Below are positions 1 to 11,158 of a DNA stretch of 64,000 nucleotides, piece after piece. The position numbers and the translations under genes were made by a program. This stretch comes from Gammaproteobacteria bacterium (GTDB taxonomy: Bacteria; Pseudomonadota; Gammaproteobacteria; Acidiferrobacterales; SZUA-150). The notes beneath the pieces are model-generated. The model saw only the letters and a list, made by a program, of their open reading frames with translations, was not told where the DNA came from and made no database searches. Every line of letters begins with the position of its first letter. Position 1 is the first letter of the stretch. The DNA lies in NCBI GenBank assembly GCA_029880545.1, contig JAOUOD010000003.1, positions 79,222-143,221 on the forward strand, given 5' to 3'.

Positions 1-266
1 ATCAAGCTGGTACTGGAGCCACCCGGACCCTGTATCGGTGACGTATTGGGACTCTGGCTGGCGCCCGGTGTCTGGCTGGGGTTGTTAAAGTATTCCGAGA
101 TAGCGCCTTTTTGTTCTTTGGTAGTGGAGCCCATGAGCCAAAGCAGTAAAAAGAATGCCATCATTGCCGTAGCAAAATCGGCGAAGGCCACCTTCCAGGC
201 ACCGCCATGGTGGCCATGACCGCCGACGATCTTCTTTATGATTATCGGTTGAGTTTTATCCTGCAT
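1..266 (-). CDS. motB: Flagellar motor stator protein MotB, N-terminal part (gene runs off the left window edge)
   Basis: Hand translation of the minus strand from the ATG at 266 gives MQDKTQPIIIKKIVGGHGHHGGAWKVAFADFATAMMAFFLLLWLMGSTTKEQKGAISEYFNNP... This is the conserved MotB N-terminus with its single TM helix. It starts 12 nt after the motA stop on the same strand. It is absent from the ORF track because no stop lies inside the window. Confidence 0.8.
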   Translation of the reverse strand, partial: MQDKTQPIIIKKIVGGHGHHGGAWKVAFADFATAMMAFFLLLWLMGSTTKEQKGAISEYFNNPSQTPGASQSPNTSPIQGPGGSSTSL

Positions 267-277
267 GTCCCTGTGAC

Positions 278-1129
278 CTATTTGTTCTTGATGTGCTCTT
301 CCAGCTCCTTGAAGCCCGGACGATCACTGGCATACATGGCCTTGCGACCAAACTCGATGGCGACTTGTGGTGTATAGCCGTTAAGCGACGCCATAATGAC
401 TGTCTTGATCACTTCAAAGAATTTGCCTTCGGCGGCCGCCATGTTTTTTATCGATGTCGCCATCGGGCCGACGAAGCCATAGGCAATCAGGATGCCCAGG
501 AACGTGCCCACCAGGGCCGCCGCCACGTGATGACCGATGACTTCCGGTGGCCCGCCCAGTGAGCCCATGGTGATAACAATACCCAGTACCGCGGCCACAA
601 TACCAAAACCAGGCAGGGCATCGGCCACACTTTGCAAGGCATCGCCCGGCGCCTCAGCTTCATGGTGATGGGTTTGCAGCTCCAGGTCCATCAGTGCTTC
701 CATTTCAAACGGGTTCATGCTGCCGCTTACCACCAGGCGAAAATAATCGGCAATAAACTCAACAGCGTGATGATTTTTCTGGATCTTGGGATACTTGTTG
801 AATAGTTCACTGCTGTCCGGTTCTTCAATATCGTTTTCAATCGCCATCATGCCTTCCTTGCGCGCCTTGTTGAGAATGTCAAAAAGCAATGACAGCAGGT
901 CGAGATATATAGACTTGTTATAAGGCGAACCTTTCAGCAGCGCCGGGATGGATTTGAATACTGCTTTAAGGGTTTTACTTGGGTTGGATACGACGAAGGC
1001 ACCAAAGGCGGCACCACCGATAATAATAAGTTCGTAGGGTTGCCACAGTGCCATTAATTCGCCGTGGGAAAGCACGTACCCGCCCGCCACCGAGCCAAGA
1101 ACGATCAAGAAACCGACTATCAGGAGCAT
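278..1129 (-). CDS. motA: Flagellar motor stator protein MotA (proton channel)
   Basis: 283-aa four-TM protein. It has the typical MotA/TolQ/ExbB C-terminal channel region (ALPGFGIVAAVLGIVITMGSLGG...ALVGTFLGILIAYGFVGP). motB follows immediately downstream. Confidence 0.9.
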   Translation of the reverse strand: MLLIVGFLIVLGSVAGGYVLSHGELMALWQPYELIIIGGAAFGAFVVSNPSKTLKAVFKSIPALLKGSPYNKSIYLDLLSLLFDILNKARKEGMMAIENDIEEPDSSELFNKYPKIQKNHHAVEFIADYFRLVVSGSMNPFEMEALMDLELQTHHHEAEAPGDALQSVADALPGFGIVAAVLGIVITMGSLGGPPEVIGHHVAAALVGTFLGILIAYGFVGPMATSIKNMAAAEGKFFEVIKTVIMASLNGYTPQVAIEFGRKAMYASDRPGFKELEEHIKNK

Positions 1130-1177
1130 ATCTGGTCTTCCATGAGTGTTGCGATTGAACTGTAGTACTGTCTCCAG

Positions 1178-1205
1178 CTATCGGCCCGCTGGTTCAATGT
1201 CTTTA
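1178..1205 (-). promoter_or_regulatory. Candidate sigma-28 (FliA) promoter for motAB
   Basis: The minus strand reads TAAAG-acattgaaccagcgg-GCCGATAG about 50 nt upstream of the motA ATG. The E. coli FliA consensus, from memory, is TAAAGTTT-N11-GCCGATAA. The spacing here is one nt longer than consensus. Confidence 0.4.
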
Positions 1206-1311
1206 CCGTAGTGTTTTAGCGGTATTTTCACCTACAAAAGCTGCTCGATTTAAAGTTTTTTGCTTTCGGCACCGAATTAGAGGCATTGAAAAACAATCTC
1301 TGAGAGGAAGC

Positions 1312-2739
1312 ATGAGCGCCCAGCTTGTGGTGTCACTGGAAGACGTGATCAGCAAACCGCTGCCCATCCTGGCCTGCAGTGTCGACGATTTGGCTGCGTT
1401 GAAGACTGAAGGGGATGATGTTTCCTGGGCGCGACTCAGTCATATCCTGTTGCGCGATCCTGGTCTGGTTGCGCATGCGCTCAAGCTGGCAAACCAGAGC
1501 AATAACAGCCTGCGTGCCGAGGTCACCACGGCAGAGCGGGCGGCAATGATGATGGGAATGGATAACCTGTTTCGCTTGCCGACGCGAATCGCCACGGCCG
1601 AGAAGGAGTTGCATGGCGAAGCCTTGAACGGGTATCGCCGGGCAGTAAGCCGGGCCTATCACGCCGCCAGCCAGGCTTGGGACTGGGGACACTTGCGAAT
1701 GGACCTGCATCCCGAAGAGCTGTTTATTGCCGGCTTGTTACATGAGTTGGGCGAGATGGCGTTGTGGGTGCAGGCGCCGGACAAAATGAAACAACTTGCC
1801 GATTTGCGCACGCATAACCAGATGCCCGTCGATGAAGCGGAATACCTGGTGCTTGGTAACAGTATCGAGCATTACTCGCGTGCCATGATGGAGAAATGGC
1901 ACATGCCGACCCTGGCAGCACAGAGCCTGCGCCCGGAAAATGCCCGGGATCAGCGCGCCCTGGGTATTATGCTGGCGGCGAAACTGGCGCGCGCCACCGA
2001 AAGAGGATGGTTTAACAGGGAGGTCGATGAAACCATTGATCATGTGGCTGACTACCTGGGGCTGCCTTTTGATGACATGGCAGCGCGAGTGCAGAAAACC
2101 GCCGTGGCAGTGGCCCGTGAAGCCGGTGTTTACGGTGTTCCGCCAGCGGCTGCATTGCTGCCACTCATACCTGAGCCGGACCAGCGCGAATCTCTGGAAA
2201 GCGGATCATCCGGCGCTTATTGCCTGACTCCCCAGGCCGAATCTTTCCAGGCGATCGTGCGGGAGCTGGAAAACGGCATGTCATCCATGAGCCTGAGCGA
2301 TATTATGCGCAAAGTGATGCATGGATTGCATGAAGGCGTAGGTTTTAACCGCGCCGTGTTTGCCATGTTGTCTCATGATCGCCGTGAACTGAAAGCGCGA
2401 TTCATGATCGGGTCTGACAGTGACCCCATATTCAACCGGTTTCATATTTTCCTGGGTACACCGCACCTGTTTACCCAGATTATGAAAAAGCCCCAGGGCC
2501 TGCGGTACGGGTCACATAACCAGGAAAAGTTCGGCGGCCTGATTCCGAGGCCCATCCGGGACCTGATAGGCGTAAACTCGTTTTGCGCCATGTCGCTGTT
2601 TGTCAGCGGCAAACCGGTAGGCATGCTGTACGCAGACCGTCGAAGCACTGATGCTGACATTGATGAAATGAGTTACAAGCGTTTTCGTTACCTGTGCCAG
2701 CTCGCCAGCAAGGCGCTGACCGTCGCCAGCAGCAGGTAG
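1312..2739 (+). CDS. HDOD-domain signalling protein with a C-terminal GAF-like domain
   Basis: 475 aa. The N-terminal half has HDOD-like features (LLRDPGLVAHALKLANQ..., GLLHELGEMALWV). The C-terminal about 170 aa (MHGLHEGVGFNRAVFAML...GKPVGMLYADR) resemble a GAF fold. Both assignments are by motif recall only. Confidence 0.7.
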   Translation: MSAQLVVSLEDVISKPLPILACSVDDLAALKTEGDDVSWARLSHILLRDPGLVAHALKLANQSNNSLRAEVTTAERAAMMMGMDNLFRLPTRIATAEKELHGEALNGYRRAVSRAYHAASQAWDWGHLRMDLHPEELFIAGLLHELGEMALWVQAPDKMKQLADLRTHNQMPVDEAEYLVLGNSIEHYSRAMMEKWHMPTLAAQSLRPENARDQRALGIMLAAKLARATERGWFNREVDETIDHVADYLGLPFDDMAARVQKTAVAVAREAGVYGVPPAAALLPLIPEPDQRESLESGSSGAYCLTPQAESFQAIVRELENGMSSMSLSDIMRKVMHGLHEGVGFNRAVFAMLSHDRRELKARFMIGSDSDPIFNRFHIFLGTPHLFTQIMKKPQGLRYGSHNQEKFGGLIPRPIRDLIGVNSFCAMSLFVSGKPVGMLYADRRSTDADIDEMSYKRFRYLCQLASKALTVASSR

Positions 2740-2776
2740 CTGGCAACTTAAATCATGACCGGCTATAGTTCCGGCC

Positions 2777-3931
2777 ATGAATAAATCCGACCAGAATTTT
2801 CTTTTCTCGCTGCTATCCCAGCCGACGGCCCCGTTCAGGGAGCAGTTTGTCAGTGCCGTGGCACGTGATTTCCTGGACCGTTACCACTTGCCATACTTTC
2901 TTGATCCGGCAGGTAATATTGTCATCGGCGTCAACTCGGTTGCCGGGTACAAAAAGCTGCTGAAAGACGCAACGGACGAACCGGTGCGGATGTTTATGGC
3001 GCACATGGATCACCCGGGTTATCACGGGGTAAAGTGGATCGATGACCGCAGGCTGAAGGTGAAATGGCATGGCGGTACACCAACCCGCCATGTAGCCGGT
3101 GCGGAAGTGTATTGTGCCGGTAACGACGGCCGTATCGGTAGCGGGCGCCTGGCCGGGGTCACCCTGGTCAAGGGTGGATGGGCCATGGACAGTGCCGAGA
3201 TAGTATTCAAACAACCGCTTTCCCCGAGACCGCCAGCAACAGAATTGTTCGGTTCATTCCGGTTTCGCAAACCGGTGTGGCTGCAGGGGAAGCGTATTTA
3301 TACGAATGCAGCCGATGATCTTGCCGGAGTATTTACCGTGCTGCGCCTGGCGCGCAAGTTGTCACGCCTTAAAGGCAGCGCGCCATTCATTGGATTATTG
3401 ACACGGGGCGAGGAAGTCGGATTTGTTGGTGCCATCAATCATTTCGAGCTGGGCTGGTTTGAGCGCTACCGGAACAAGTTATTGTGCGTCAGTCTCGAGG
3501 CATCGCGAACCTTGCCCGGAGCAGTGGTAGGCAAGGGACCTATTGTTCGTCTTGGTGATCGCCGGACCGTGTTCAACGCCGATGCGTTGAAGGTGGCGAC
3601 AGACGTGGCTGAAAAACTGCTGCCGAATCGGTACCAGAAGCGGATTATGGACGGCGGCGCCTGCGAAGCTACGGCGGCAACCATTTATGGCCTGACTACA
3701 ATCGGTATTACCGTGCCGCTTGGCAATTATCATAACCAGGGGTTTGAGGGCGGGCCGGATTGTCGTGGCAAGGCCGGCCCCGCGCCCGAGTTTATTCATA
3801 TTGATGATCTTGAATCCGAACTGCTGCTTTGTGCCGGCTTGATGCGCCGCGGCCTGCCCTGGCTGCAACCGTGGCAGAAGCAGAAGAAATCGCTGTTACG
3901 TAATGCCGCAAGATACAGGCGACTGGCCTGA
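2777..3931 (+). CDS. M42/M28-type metallopeptidase-family hydrolase
   Basis: 384 aa. Metal-ligand-like motifs are FMAHMDHPGY, AADDLAGV and TRGEEVGFVGA, in the order seen in M42 (FrvX-like) aminopeptidases. Confidence 0.65.
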   Translation: MNKSDQNFLFSLLSQPTAPFREQFVSAVARDFLDRYHLPYFLDPAGNIVIGVNSVAGYKKLLKDATDEPVRMFMAHMDHPGYHGVKWIDDRRLKVKWHGGTPTRHVAGAEVYCAGNDGRIGSGRLAGVTLVKGGWAMDSAEIVFKQPLSPRPPATELFGSFRFRKPVWLQGKRIYTNAADDLAGVFTVLRLARKLSRLKGSAPFIGLLTRGEEVGFVGAINHFELGWFERYRNKLLCVSLEASRTLPGAVVGKGPIVRLGDRRTVFNADALKVATDVAEKLLPNRYQKRIMDGGACEATAATIYGLTTIGITVPLGNYHNQGFEGGPDCRGKAGPAPEFIHIDDLESELLLCAGLMRRGLPWLQPWQKQKKSLLRNAARYRRLA

Positions 3932-3942
3932 ATCCCGTGGTC

Positions 3943-5934
3943 TCATGACTGCACGGGCATTGTGATTTTCGGCCACGTGAAATGGAAGCACGTGCCTTTG
4001 CCGGGTTCCGAGTTCAGCCATATCTTTCCTTTTTGATCAGCAATGATCTTTTTGACAACGGCCAGGCCGATTCCAGTACTTTCAATTTCATCTCTTGAAT
4101 GCAGTGTCTGGAAGATACCGAATATCACTTCGTGATATTGCGGATCTATGCCCGGGCCGTCATCGCAGACAACAAACTCGTACTCCGAATCCCGGTCATG
4201 CACATTTATTTCAATGGTGCCGTTATCCTTGTCGTGATACTTGATGGCGTTACTGATCAGGTTGGAGAATACCTGGGCGAGAGGTGTACGGGCACAGTCA
4301 AAACTGGGCATGTGCGGGCTGATTTTGATTGTAAAGCGGTCATCGACGCCAAGCATATCCATGATGCCATGGATCATGTCAGAAGTATCTGTTGGTGACA
4401 GCTCCGCGCTGATGCGCCCGGCACGCGAGTATTGCAGAATGCCGTTAATCAAATCCTCCATGCGTATCACCCGGCTACGCAACAGTTTCAGGTGCTCCTT
4501 GATTTCCGGGTTCTCAATTTCGCCCAGGTCTTCTTCAATCCACGTTGACAGATTTGAGATGGCGCGCAATGGTGCCTTGAGATCATGCGAGGCAACATAG
4601 GCAAAATTATCCAGCTCGGTGTTCTTGTTCTTCAGGGCGTCAGCATAATTAGCCAGTTCTGCAGCGGTGCGGGCGAGTTGTGATTCATATTGCTGCTGCT
4701 GTGTAATGTCGCGCAGGGTGTAGACATAGACCGTATGATGTTCGGAAGCCAGTTTTTGCGCGTGAATGCTGAGCTGAACCTTGCTGCCGTCAGCATGGTG
4801 GCCCAGGACTTCGGCAAGACCTGCCTGCGTAAATCGCTCGATAGCCCCTTGTTCACGCAAATCGGGAATCAGCGCAGATATGGATTTGTTGACAACAGAT
4901 TCCGGTGAATATCCCAGGATCATTTCTATTGACCGGTTGCTCTGTATGATGATGCCATAGTTGTCGGTGATGATAATCATGTCGAAGACCGAGTTGACTA
5001 CGCCGTCGAGAAAGTTCCGGTTCTCTTTCAGCTTCGATTCGATACGAGCTTGGTCCTCCAGTTTTTGTATCAGCAAGGATTTTTGTGACATCAGCACGTC
5101 TTCGCGGGCAACCAGCACATCCATCAGGCGATTGAAGGCCAGCGCAATGGTTTTTGCCTCGCGTGGCCCTGAAATCGGCGCGCGCAGGTGATTCCATTTC
5201 AGTTTCTGGGCTTCTTCCATAATATCCGATATGTCGCTAACCGGTTTTACAAGTGTACCAAGAAGCATGTTAATAGTTATCAGCATCGCGATCCCGAGTA
5301 TGCTGATGATCAGTACTGTCCCGGCGATGATTGTGTGCCTTGCGTTGTTGACGGTCGAATTGTCAATGACTATGTAGGCATAGCCGACAATTTCCCGACC
5401 GGTATTCCTGGAGACGGAGTGCAGGTCATTGACCTCGGTCTTCAGAATAGGCGCTATAAAATGCCAGCCTGATACGGTTTCATGAATCAGGCTGGAGCGT
5501 ACCGAGTCGATTCTTTTTGCCTGCCTGAACCAGGCGTTGCGATCCAGTACTTCCTTTCGTTCACCGAGGCTGAATATTTCGGTGCCCCGGGCGTCATAAA
5601 TGGCAGTTTCGTTGACTCCCGGAAAACCCAGCACGGTTTGCATGCTGACGCGAGCCTGTTCGGTATCATTGTAAAGTACCGAAAACAGGCTTTGTTCGGC
5701 CAGCCCGGCGACAATGCTGAGACCGGTTTCGATATATTGCTCCTTCATGGAGCTGGCGGCCATGGTGCCAATCAGTACGGAACTGACAAGGGATATCAGT
5801 AATATGCAAGCACCGATTGCCAGCGTCATGCGCTGGCGGATGGTGTAGGAGCGTTCCCGGTTTTTTGTCTTTGTGCGACCGGGGTCGGCGACCGGGTGAA
5901 TTGACTCCGTAAAGGGTTGTGCTCGTTGTGCCAA
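3943..5934 (-). CDS. Membrane sensor histidine kinase (periplasmic sensor, HAMP, PAS, HisKA, HATPase_c)
   Basis: 663 aa with two TM segments. PAS-like region: NRNFLDGVVNSVFDMIIITD... H-box: FAYVASHDLKAPLRAI. N/G boxes: NLISNAIKY, DDGPGID, GTGIGLAVVKKI. No response regulator is adjacent. Confidence 0.85.
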   Translation of the reverse strand: MAQRAQPFTESIHPVADPGRTKTKNRERSYTIRQRMTLAIGACILLISLVSSVLIGTMAASSMKEQYIETGLSIVAGLAEQSLFSVLYNDTEQARVSMQTVLGFPGVNETAIYDARGTEIFSLGERKEVLDRNAWFRQAKRIDSVRSSLIHETVSGWHFIAPILKTEVNDLHSVSRNTGREIVGYAYIVIDNSTVNNARHTIIAGTVLIISILGIAMLITINMLLGTLVKPVSDISDIMEEAQKLKWNHLRAPISGPREAKTIALAFNRLMDVLVAREDVLMSQKSLLIQKLEDQARIESKLKENRNFLDGVVNSVFDMIIITDNYGIIIQSNRSIEMILGYSPESVVNKSISALIPDLREQGAIERFTQAGLAEVLGHHADGSKVQLSIHAQKLASEHHTVYVYTLRDITQQQQYESQLARTAAELANYADALKNKNTELDNFAYVASHDLKAPLRAISNLSTWIEEDLGEIENPEIKEHLKLLRSRVIRMEDLINGILQYSRAGRISAELSPTDTSDMIHGIMDMLGVDDRFTIKISPHMPSFDCARTPLAQVFSNLISNAIKYHDKDNGTIEINVHDRDSEYEFVVCDDGPGIDPQYHEVIFGIFQTLHSRDEIESTGIGLAVVKKIIADQKGKIWLNSEPGKGTCFHFTWPKITMPVQS

Positions 5935-6085
5935 TGCTTGCCCTTGAAGAAGGTTATTCAGGAAAGTGTAGTCAAGTTCAGGCAGGAAACTAAAGTATTT
6001 TTAGTAGGCTAATAGGCCCGATCAAACAATGTTTACAATGTTGTTACCCGGATCGCGGCGGCTCACAGGTTCCGGCACGAGCAGA

Positions 6086-6259
6086 TCAGTTGGACCGATC
6101 CTTCGCTGCATTCTCGGGGGAGTCATCATCCATCAGTATGCGGTGGGCCGGCCCTTCGAGGTCATCAAACTGGCCACTCCGGGCCGCCCAGACAAAAATT
6201 CCGATAATCACGGCGACCAGGATCACGGCGACAGGGATAAGCAGGTAGATTATTTCCAC
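6086..6259 (-). CDS. ccoS: cbb3 oxidase maturation protein CcoS/FixS (57 aa)
   Basis: Too short for the ORF track. Hand translation from the GTG at 6259 gives VEIIYLLIPVAVILVAVIIGIFVWAARSGQFDDLEGPAHRILMDDDSPENAAKDRSN, with the CcoS hallmark SGQFDDLEGPAxRIL. It lies 24 nt downstream of the ccoI stop. Confidence 0.8.
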   Translation of the reverse strand: MEIIYLLIPVAVILVAVIIGIFVWAARSGQFDDLEGPAHRILMDDDSPENAAKDRSN

Positions 6260-6282
6260 AACAGGGTCTCAATAGTAGGAAT

Positions 6283-8745
6283 TCAGTTTGCCCGGGATGT
6301 CCGCCTGCTGAGGCGCATGGCGTTTGCCGTGACAATCAGCGAGCTTAAGGACATGCCGATGGCAGCCATCCACGGCGCCAGCAGGCCCGCAGCTGCCAGG
6401 GGCAGCGCCAGCAGATTGTAGCCGATTGCCCAGGCAAAGTTCTGTCTGATTATGCCCAGGGTTTTCGTGGCAAGCTCATGGGCATCGACCAGGTGGGACA
6501 GCTGTTGCGACAACAGCACCATATCGGCGCTGGCCTGGGCCAGCTGGGTGCCACCTCCCATGGCGATGGAAACGTCGGCCGCCGCGAGCACCGGCGCATC
6601 GTTGATACCGTCACCAATCATGGCGACGATGGCGCCGCCGTCCTGTAATTGCTTTACCGCGGCCAGCTTGTCCTCAGGTCGCATGGTGGCCCGAACGTCG
6701 TCAATGCCGACTTCCCGGGCCATGTAGCTGGCGGCAGCAAATTGATCACCAGTCATCAGAACCGGTGTCTTACCGAGCTGTCGAAGCCTGCTAATTGTCT
6801 GGCGCGCATCGGGTCGCAACCTGTCGCCAAGATCAAAGGCGGCCATCAGCTCGAATTGGCTGGCCAGAAAGACGGTTGTGCAAGGCTCGTCTGGGCCCGG
6901 CACGTCGACCGCGAGCCCCGTTTTCGCGGCGATAAACCCTGGTGTGCCAAGGTAGTATCGATTCCGGTCGATCAGGCCGGTTACGCCAGCGCCGGGTTCG
7001 TTGGCGATGTCGTCAGCAATGACGCCGTGGTGAGAATTATGACTGGACGCGGCGTGACGCAAGGCCACGGCGATAGGGTGTTCCGATGCCGATTCCAGTG
7101 CAGCTGCCAGGGCAAGGCATTGATCGGCTTCGTATCCACCGGTGGTACGAGTGCGCAACCAGTGCATTTGACCGACAGTGAGAGTACCGGTCTTGTCGAA
7201 TACAAAATGGGTTGCCTTGCTCAGGATCTCCAGGCTGTGGCCGCGAGTGGTAAGCAGCCCGAGCCGGGTCAGGTGCCCGGTTGCCGCGGTAATGGCGGTG
7301 GGTGTTGCCAGTGACAAGGCGCAGGGACAGGTTACCACCAGCACCGCGATGGTGATGGCGAGCCAATCGCCTGAGCCTTGTTGCCACCACCAGGCAGCCA
7401 CGGCGGCGCTGATCAGCAGGATGACGCCAACAAAGTGACTGGCCACGCGATCAGCGAGACGGGCAAGGCGGGGCTTTTCGGTTTGTGCGCGATCGAGCAG
7501 CCTGAGCATGTTGGACAGCACGGTGTCATCACCCACCCGGTTGACCCGGATACGCAGCGGGCTGTCACGATTAATGGTGCCGCCGATAACATCGTCGCCC
7601 GGCTGCTTGATGACGGGCAGGCTCTCGCCTGTCAGCAGTGACTCATCGACCGATGACTGCCCTGACACAATGCAGCCATCAGCGGCGATGGTTTCGCCTG
7701 GAATCACCAGGATGATATCGTTCTTGACCAGTTCGATAGCGGCTACTTCTTCCGGGCTGTCGTTTTCGCCAAGGCGCATGGCCATGGCTGGTGTCAGTTG
7801 TACCAATGCATCCGTGGCTTCGGCTGCCTGCTTGCGCGATGCCAGCTCGAAATAGCGCGCCGCCAGCAGCAGGAATACGAACATCACTACCGAGTCAAAG
7901 TAGACGTGTCCGACTTGTTGCCAGGTGTTCCATGCGGACGCGAGAAACGCAATGCTGATGCCCAGGGTGACTGGCACGTCCATGCCCATTTGGCCAAGGC
8001 GCAGATCGCGCCAGGCACCCTGGTAGAAGGGTCTGGCTGAATAGATCAGGACCGGCGTGGTCAGCAGCAGGCTGATCCATTGCATAAAGCTGCGGAACAT
8101 TGGCTCAATGCCGAACCAGTCTCCACCGTAAAGGGAAATAGCGAGCGCCATGACCTGCATGCCCAGAACCCCGGCCGTGCCGAGCCTGATAAGGTATGAG
8201 CGCCGCTCTTTTTCCAGCAAGGCCTGTTGGCGATTGGGGTCATAGGGGTGGGCGCGGTAACCAATATGGCTGATAGCGGACAGAATCTCGCTCAGCTTGA
8301 TGCGCTCATTGTCCCAGCGGACCCGGGCGCGACGCGTGGCGTAATTGATATGCATTGACAGGACGCCGGGCAGCTTGGCGACGTGGTGTTCGCTTAGCCA
8401 TACACAAGCGGCGCAGGTCATTCCTTCCAGGATCAGGGAAGCTTCCCGAACCGGGCCGTCAGCGGCCTGAATAAAGGTTTTCTGGATATTTTCGTTGTCG
8501 TAGACCCGGGTCTGGCGCAGAAAATCCGGAACCGGCTCGGCAGCGGTGACCGCAGAATCGGTTCGAAAACGGTAGTAGTCCTGTAGACCGCTGTCGACAA
8601 TGGTGCGGGCAACGGCCTGGCAGCCGGGGCAGCACATGTTTCGGTCAATATTGTCGATTGTGACGGGAAATCTCAGCCCTGGCGCAATGGGTTCACTACA
8701 GTGAAAACAGACCGGGTTATCGGGATTGGAGTGGTGATGGTTCAT
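6283..8745 (-). CDS. ccoI: Copper-translocating P1B-type ATPase CcoI/FixI
   Basis: 820 aa. It has an N-terminal Cys-rich metal-binding region ([24 protein letters not shown]), the CPC transmembrane motif ([11 protein letters not shown]), the phosphorylation site FDKTGTLT, and GDGINDAP. ccoS follows it. Confidence 0.9.
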   Translation of the reverse strand: MNHHHSNPDNPVCFHCSEPIAPGLRFPVTIDNIDRNMCCPGCQAVARTIVDSGLQDYYRFRTDSAVTAAEPVPDFLRQTRVYDNENIQKTFIQAADGPVREASLILEGMTCAACVWLSEHHVAKLPGVLSMHINYATRRARVRWDNERIKLSEILSAISHIGYRAHPYDPNRQQALLEKERRSYLIRLGTAGVLGMQVMALAISLYGGDWFGIEPMFRSFMQWISLLLTTPVLIYSARPFYQGAWRDLRLGQMGMDVPVTLGISIAFLASAWNTWQQVGHVYFDSVVMFVFLLLAARYFELASRKQAAEATDALVQLTPAMAMRLGENDSPEEVAAIELVKNDIILVIPGETIAADGCIVSGQSSVDESLLTGESLPVIKQPGDDVIGGTINRDSPLRIRVNRVGDDTVLSNMLRLLDRAQTEKPRLARLADRVASHFVGVILLISAAVAAWWWQQGSGDWLAITIAVLVVTCPCALSLATPTAITAATGHLTRLGLLTTRGHSLEILSKATHFVFDKTGTLTVGQMHWLRTRTTGGYEADQCLALAAALESASEHPIAVALRHAASSHNSHHGVIADDIANEPGAGVTGLIDRNRYYLGTPGFIAAKTGLAVDVPGPDEPCTTVFLASQFELMAAFDLGDRLRPDARQTISRLRQLGKTPVLMTGDQFAAASYMAREVGIDDVRATMRPEDKLAAVKQLQDGGAIVAMIGDGINDAPVLAAADVSIAMGGGTQLAQASADMVLLSQQLSHLVDAHELATKTLGIIRQNFAWAIGYNLLALPLAAAGLLAPWMAAIGMSLSSLIVTANAMRLSRRTSRAN

Positions 8746-8839
8746 GGCGCTGAAGTCAAACAGGAATCATTCGATAGTACCAGAGTCGTGTTCATCAAAA
8801 GTGAATTCGGTGTTGGCGTACCTGGAATTGGAAAAGTTC

Positions 8840-8853
8840 TTGATTCAGGTCAA
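8840..8853. promoter_or_regulatory. FNR/Anr-type box in the ccoI / yohC-like-ccoN divergent region
   Basis: TTGATtcagGTCAA matches the FNR consensus TTGAT-N4-ATCAA at 9 of 10 positions. It is about 95 nt upstream of the ccoI ATG and about 230 nt upstream of the yohC-like gene that precedes ccoN. Confidence 0.45.
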
Positions 8854-9080
8854 AAAACGACGAGTTTGATTGGTTAGAATCTGTGTTCCTTTTGCGAATT
8901 ACGATATACTTAAGAAATTAATAATATACTAATTTGCTCAGGATAAGCCAGGAATACCAAAGATGGAGGGAGTGTGGGTTGTTTGTAATACCTCTCCCGA
9001 CCATAATCCAAGTGTAGTCGCGTAGAGATTCCATTATTTAACACAAACACTTAGCTGCCTAGAAACGGGGAGATTTATTT

Positions 9081-9680
9081 ATGCTGCAACATGTTTGGGG
9101 ATTATTTGCACATCCGGAAGAAGAGTGGAAAGACATCCGGAAAGAGGACTGTTCAATCGGGCGTTGCTATTGTTCTCATGTTTTGACGCTGGCGGCCATT
9201 CCGCCAATCGCCGGTTTTATTGGTACTACGCAAATCGGTTGGCGCATCGGTGGTGGTGAAATTACTACGCTCAGCACAAACAGCGCCTTGAGCATCTCCA
9301 TTCTGTACTTTATTACCATCCTTGTCGGAATTTTTTCCATCGGCAAGGCCATCCACTGGATGGGCAAAACCTACGGCGCCAACGCCGAGTTACCCCGCGC
9401 TATTGGCCTGGCCGCCTACACGGCGACCCCGTTATTCATGGTCGGCCTGATGGGGCTCTATCCTATCCTTTGGTTAAACCTGATTATTGGTCTGCCGGCC
9501 CTGGCCTACACTGTTTATCTTCTCTATCTTGGTGTGCCCATCATGATGGATATCTCCCAGGAGCGCGGTTTCCTGTTTTCCAGCGCCGTGTTGGCAGTCG
9601 GCCTGATTGGCCTGGTAGCAATGATGGCGGCCACCGTCATTCTCTGGGATGTCGGCGCCGGACCACGGTTCCTGGGCTAG
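9081..9680 (+). CDS. Yip1-family inner-membrane protein (E. coli YohC-like)
   Basis: 199 aa with five predicted TM helices. The N-terminus MLQHVWGLFAHPEEEWKDIRKE...IGTTQIGW closely resembles my recollection of YohC (MSHVWGLFSHPDRE...IGTTQIGW). Only 50 nt separate it from ccoN. Confidence 0.65.
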   Translation: MLQHVWGLFAHPEEEWKDIRKEDCSIGRCYCSHVLTLAAIPPIAGFIGTTQIGWRIGGGEITTLSTNSALSISILYFITILVGIFSIGKAIHWMGKTYGANAELPRAIGLAAYTATPLFMVGLMGLYPILWLNLIIGLPALAYTVYLLYLGVPIMMDISQERGFLFSSAVLAVGLIGLVAMMAATVILWDVGAGPRFLG

Positions 9681-9730
9681 CACAGTTTTACCTATTTCGT
9701 TTTAACACTTAACCAATAATCGGGGGGCAT

Positions 9731-11146
9731 ATGGCCACTCAAGATACCTACAACTATAGCGTCGTAAGACAGTTTGCAATAATGACTGTTATATGGGGCA
9801 TCGTTGGCATGGCCGTGGGCGTGTTTATCGCTGCGCAGATGGCATGGCCGTTTTTAAACTTTGATATTCCATGGCTGACTTTCAGCCGCCTGCGTCCGCT
9901 GCATACCAATGCAGTAATTTTTGCTTTTGGCGGATCAGCCCTGTTTGCGACATCTTATTATGTAGTGCAGCGTACCTGTCATGCCCGTTTGTTTGGCGGC
10001 AACCTGGCAGCATTCACGTTCTGGGGCTGGCAGCTGATTATCGTGCTGGCAGCGGTTACCCTGCCCCTGGGTTACACCACATCCAAGGAATACGCTGAGC
10101 TGGAATGGCCAATTGATATCCTGATTGCCGTGGTCTGGGTGTGTTATGCCATTGTATTCTTTGGCACGGTAGCCAGGCGCAAGACCCCGCATATCTATGT
10201 CGCCAACTGGTTCTTCGGCGCATTCATTATTACTGTTGCCATACTGCACATATTCAACAGTGCTGCGCTGCCCGTGAACATGATGAAGTCCTACTCTGCC
10301 TACGCGGGTGTACAGGATGCGATGATTCAGTGGTGGTACGGTCACAATGCCGTAGGCTTCTTCCTGACCGCCGGCTTCCTGGGCATGATGTATTACTTTA
10401 TTCCCAAGCAGGCGGAGCGCCCGGTGTATTCTTACCGTCTTTCGGTGGTGCACTTCTGGGCCCTGATCTTTACCTATATCTGGGCCGGTCCGCATCACCT
10501 GCATTACACCGCGTTGCCGGACTGGACCCAGTCCCTGGGTATGGTGTTGTCGCTGATCCTGTTGGCTCCCAGCTGGGGTGGCATGATCAACGGTATCATG
10601 ACCTTGTCCGGTGCCTGGGAAAAACTGCGTACGGACCCGATCTTGCGATTCCTGATTGTGTCCGTGTCCTTCTACGGCATGTCGACCTTTGAAGGTCCGA
10701 TGATGTCCATCAAGACCGTTAATGCGCTGTCCCACTTTACTGACTGGACTATCGGTCACGTACATTCCGGTGCTCTCGGCTGGGTAGCAATGATCTCCAT
10801 GGGTTCAATGTACTACCTGATCCCGCGCCTGTTCGGTGTAAAGATCTACAGCCTGAAGCTGGTCGAAGTTCATTTCTGGCTGGCTACTATCGGTATCGTG
10901 CTGTACATCACTTCCATGTGGGTATCCGGCGTGATGCAGGGCCTGATGTGGCGCGCAGTAAATGCAGACGGCACGCTGACCTACAGCTTTGTTGAAAGCG
11001 TGCAGGCCATGCATCCGTACTACATCATCCGTTTCCTCGGTGGCGCGTTGTTCCTGCTGGGCGCAGTTGTCATGGCATACAACGTCTGGCGTACCATTGA
11101 AAAAGGCAAGCCGGTCGAAGCACCGATTCCGGCTCCGGCACACTAA
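9731..11146 (+). CDS. ccoN: cbb3-type cytochrome c oxidase subunit I
   Basis: 471-aa polytopic haem-copper oxidase subunit ([43 protein letters not shown]). Confidence 0.97.
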   Translation: MATQDTYNYSVVRQFAIMTVIWGIVGMAVGVFIAAQMAWPFLNFDIPWLTFSRLRPLHTNAVIFAFGGSALFATSYYVVQRTCHARLFGGNLAAFTFWGWQLIIVLAAVTLPLGYTTSKEYAELEWPIDILIAVVWVCYAIVFFGTVARRKTPHIYVANWFFGAFIITVAILHIFNSAALPVNMMKSYSAYAGVQDAMIQWWYGHNAVGFFLTAGFLGMMYYFIPKQAERPVYSYRLSVVHFWALIFTYIWAGPHHLHYTALPDWTQSLGMVLSLILLAPSWGGMINGIMTLSGAWEKLRTDPILRFLIVSVSFYGMSTFEGPMMSIKTVNALSHFTDWTIGHVHSGALGWVAMISMGSMYYLIPRLFGVKIYSLKLVEVHFWLATIGIVLYITSMWVSGVMQGLMWRAVNADGTLTYSFVESVQAMHPYYIIRFLGGALFLLGAVVMAYNVWRTIEKGKPVEAPIPAPAH

Positions 11147-11158
11147 GGAGATCGAGTC

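Noticed and set aside
6029-6421. 130-aa plus-strand ORF between the histidine kinase and ccoI
   Set aside because: It overlaps the hand-identified ccoS gene and the 3' end of ccoI on the opposite strand. Its sequence is Arg/Gly-rich with no motifs, whereas the ccoS translation is a near-consensus match.
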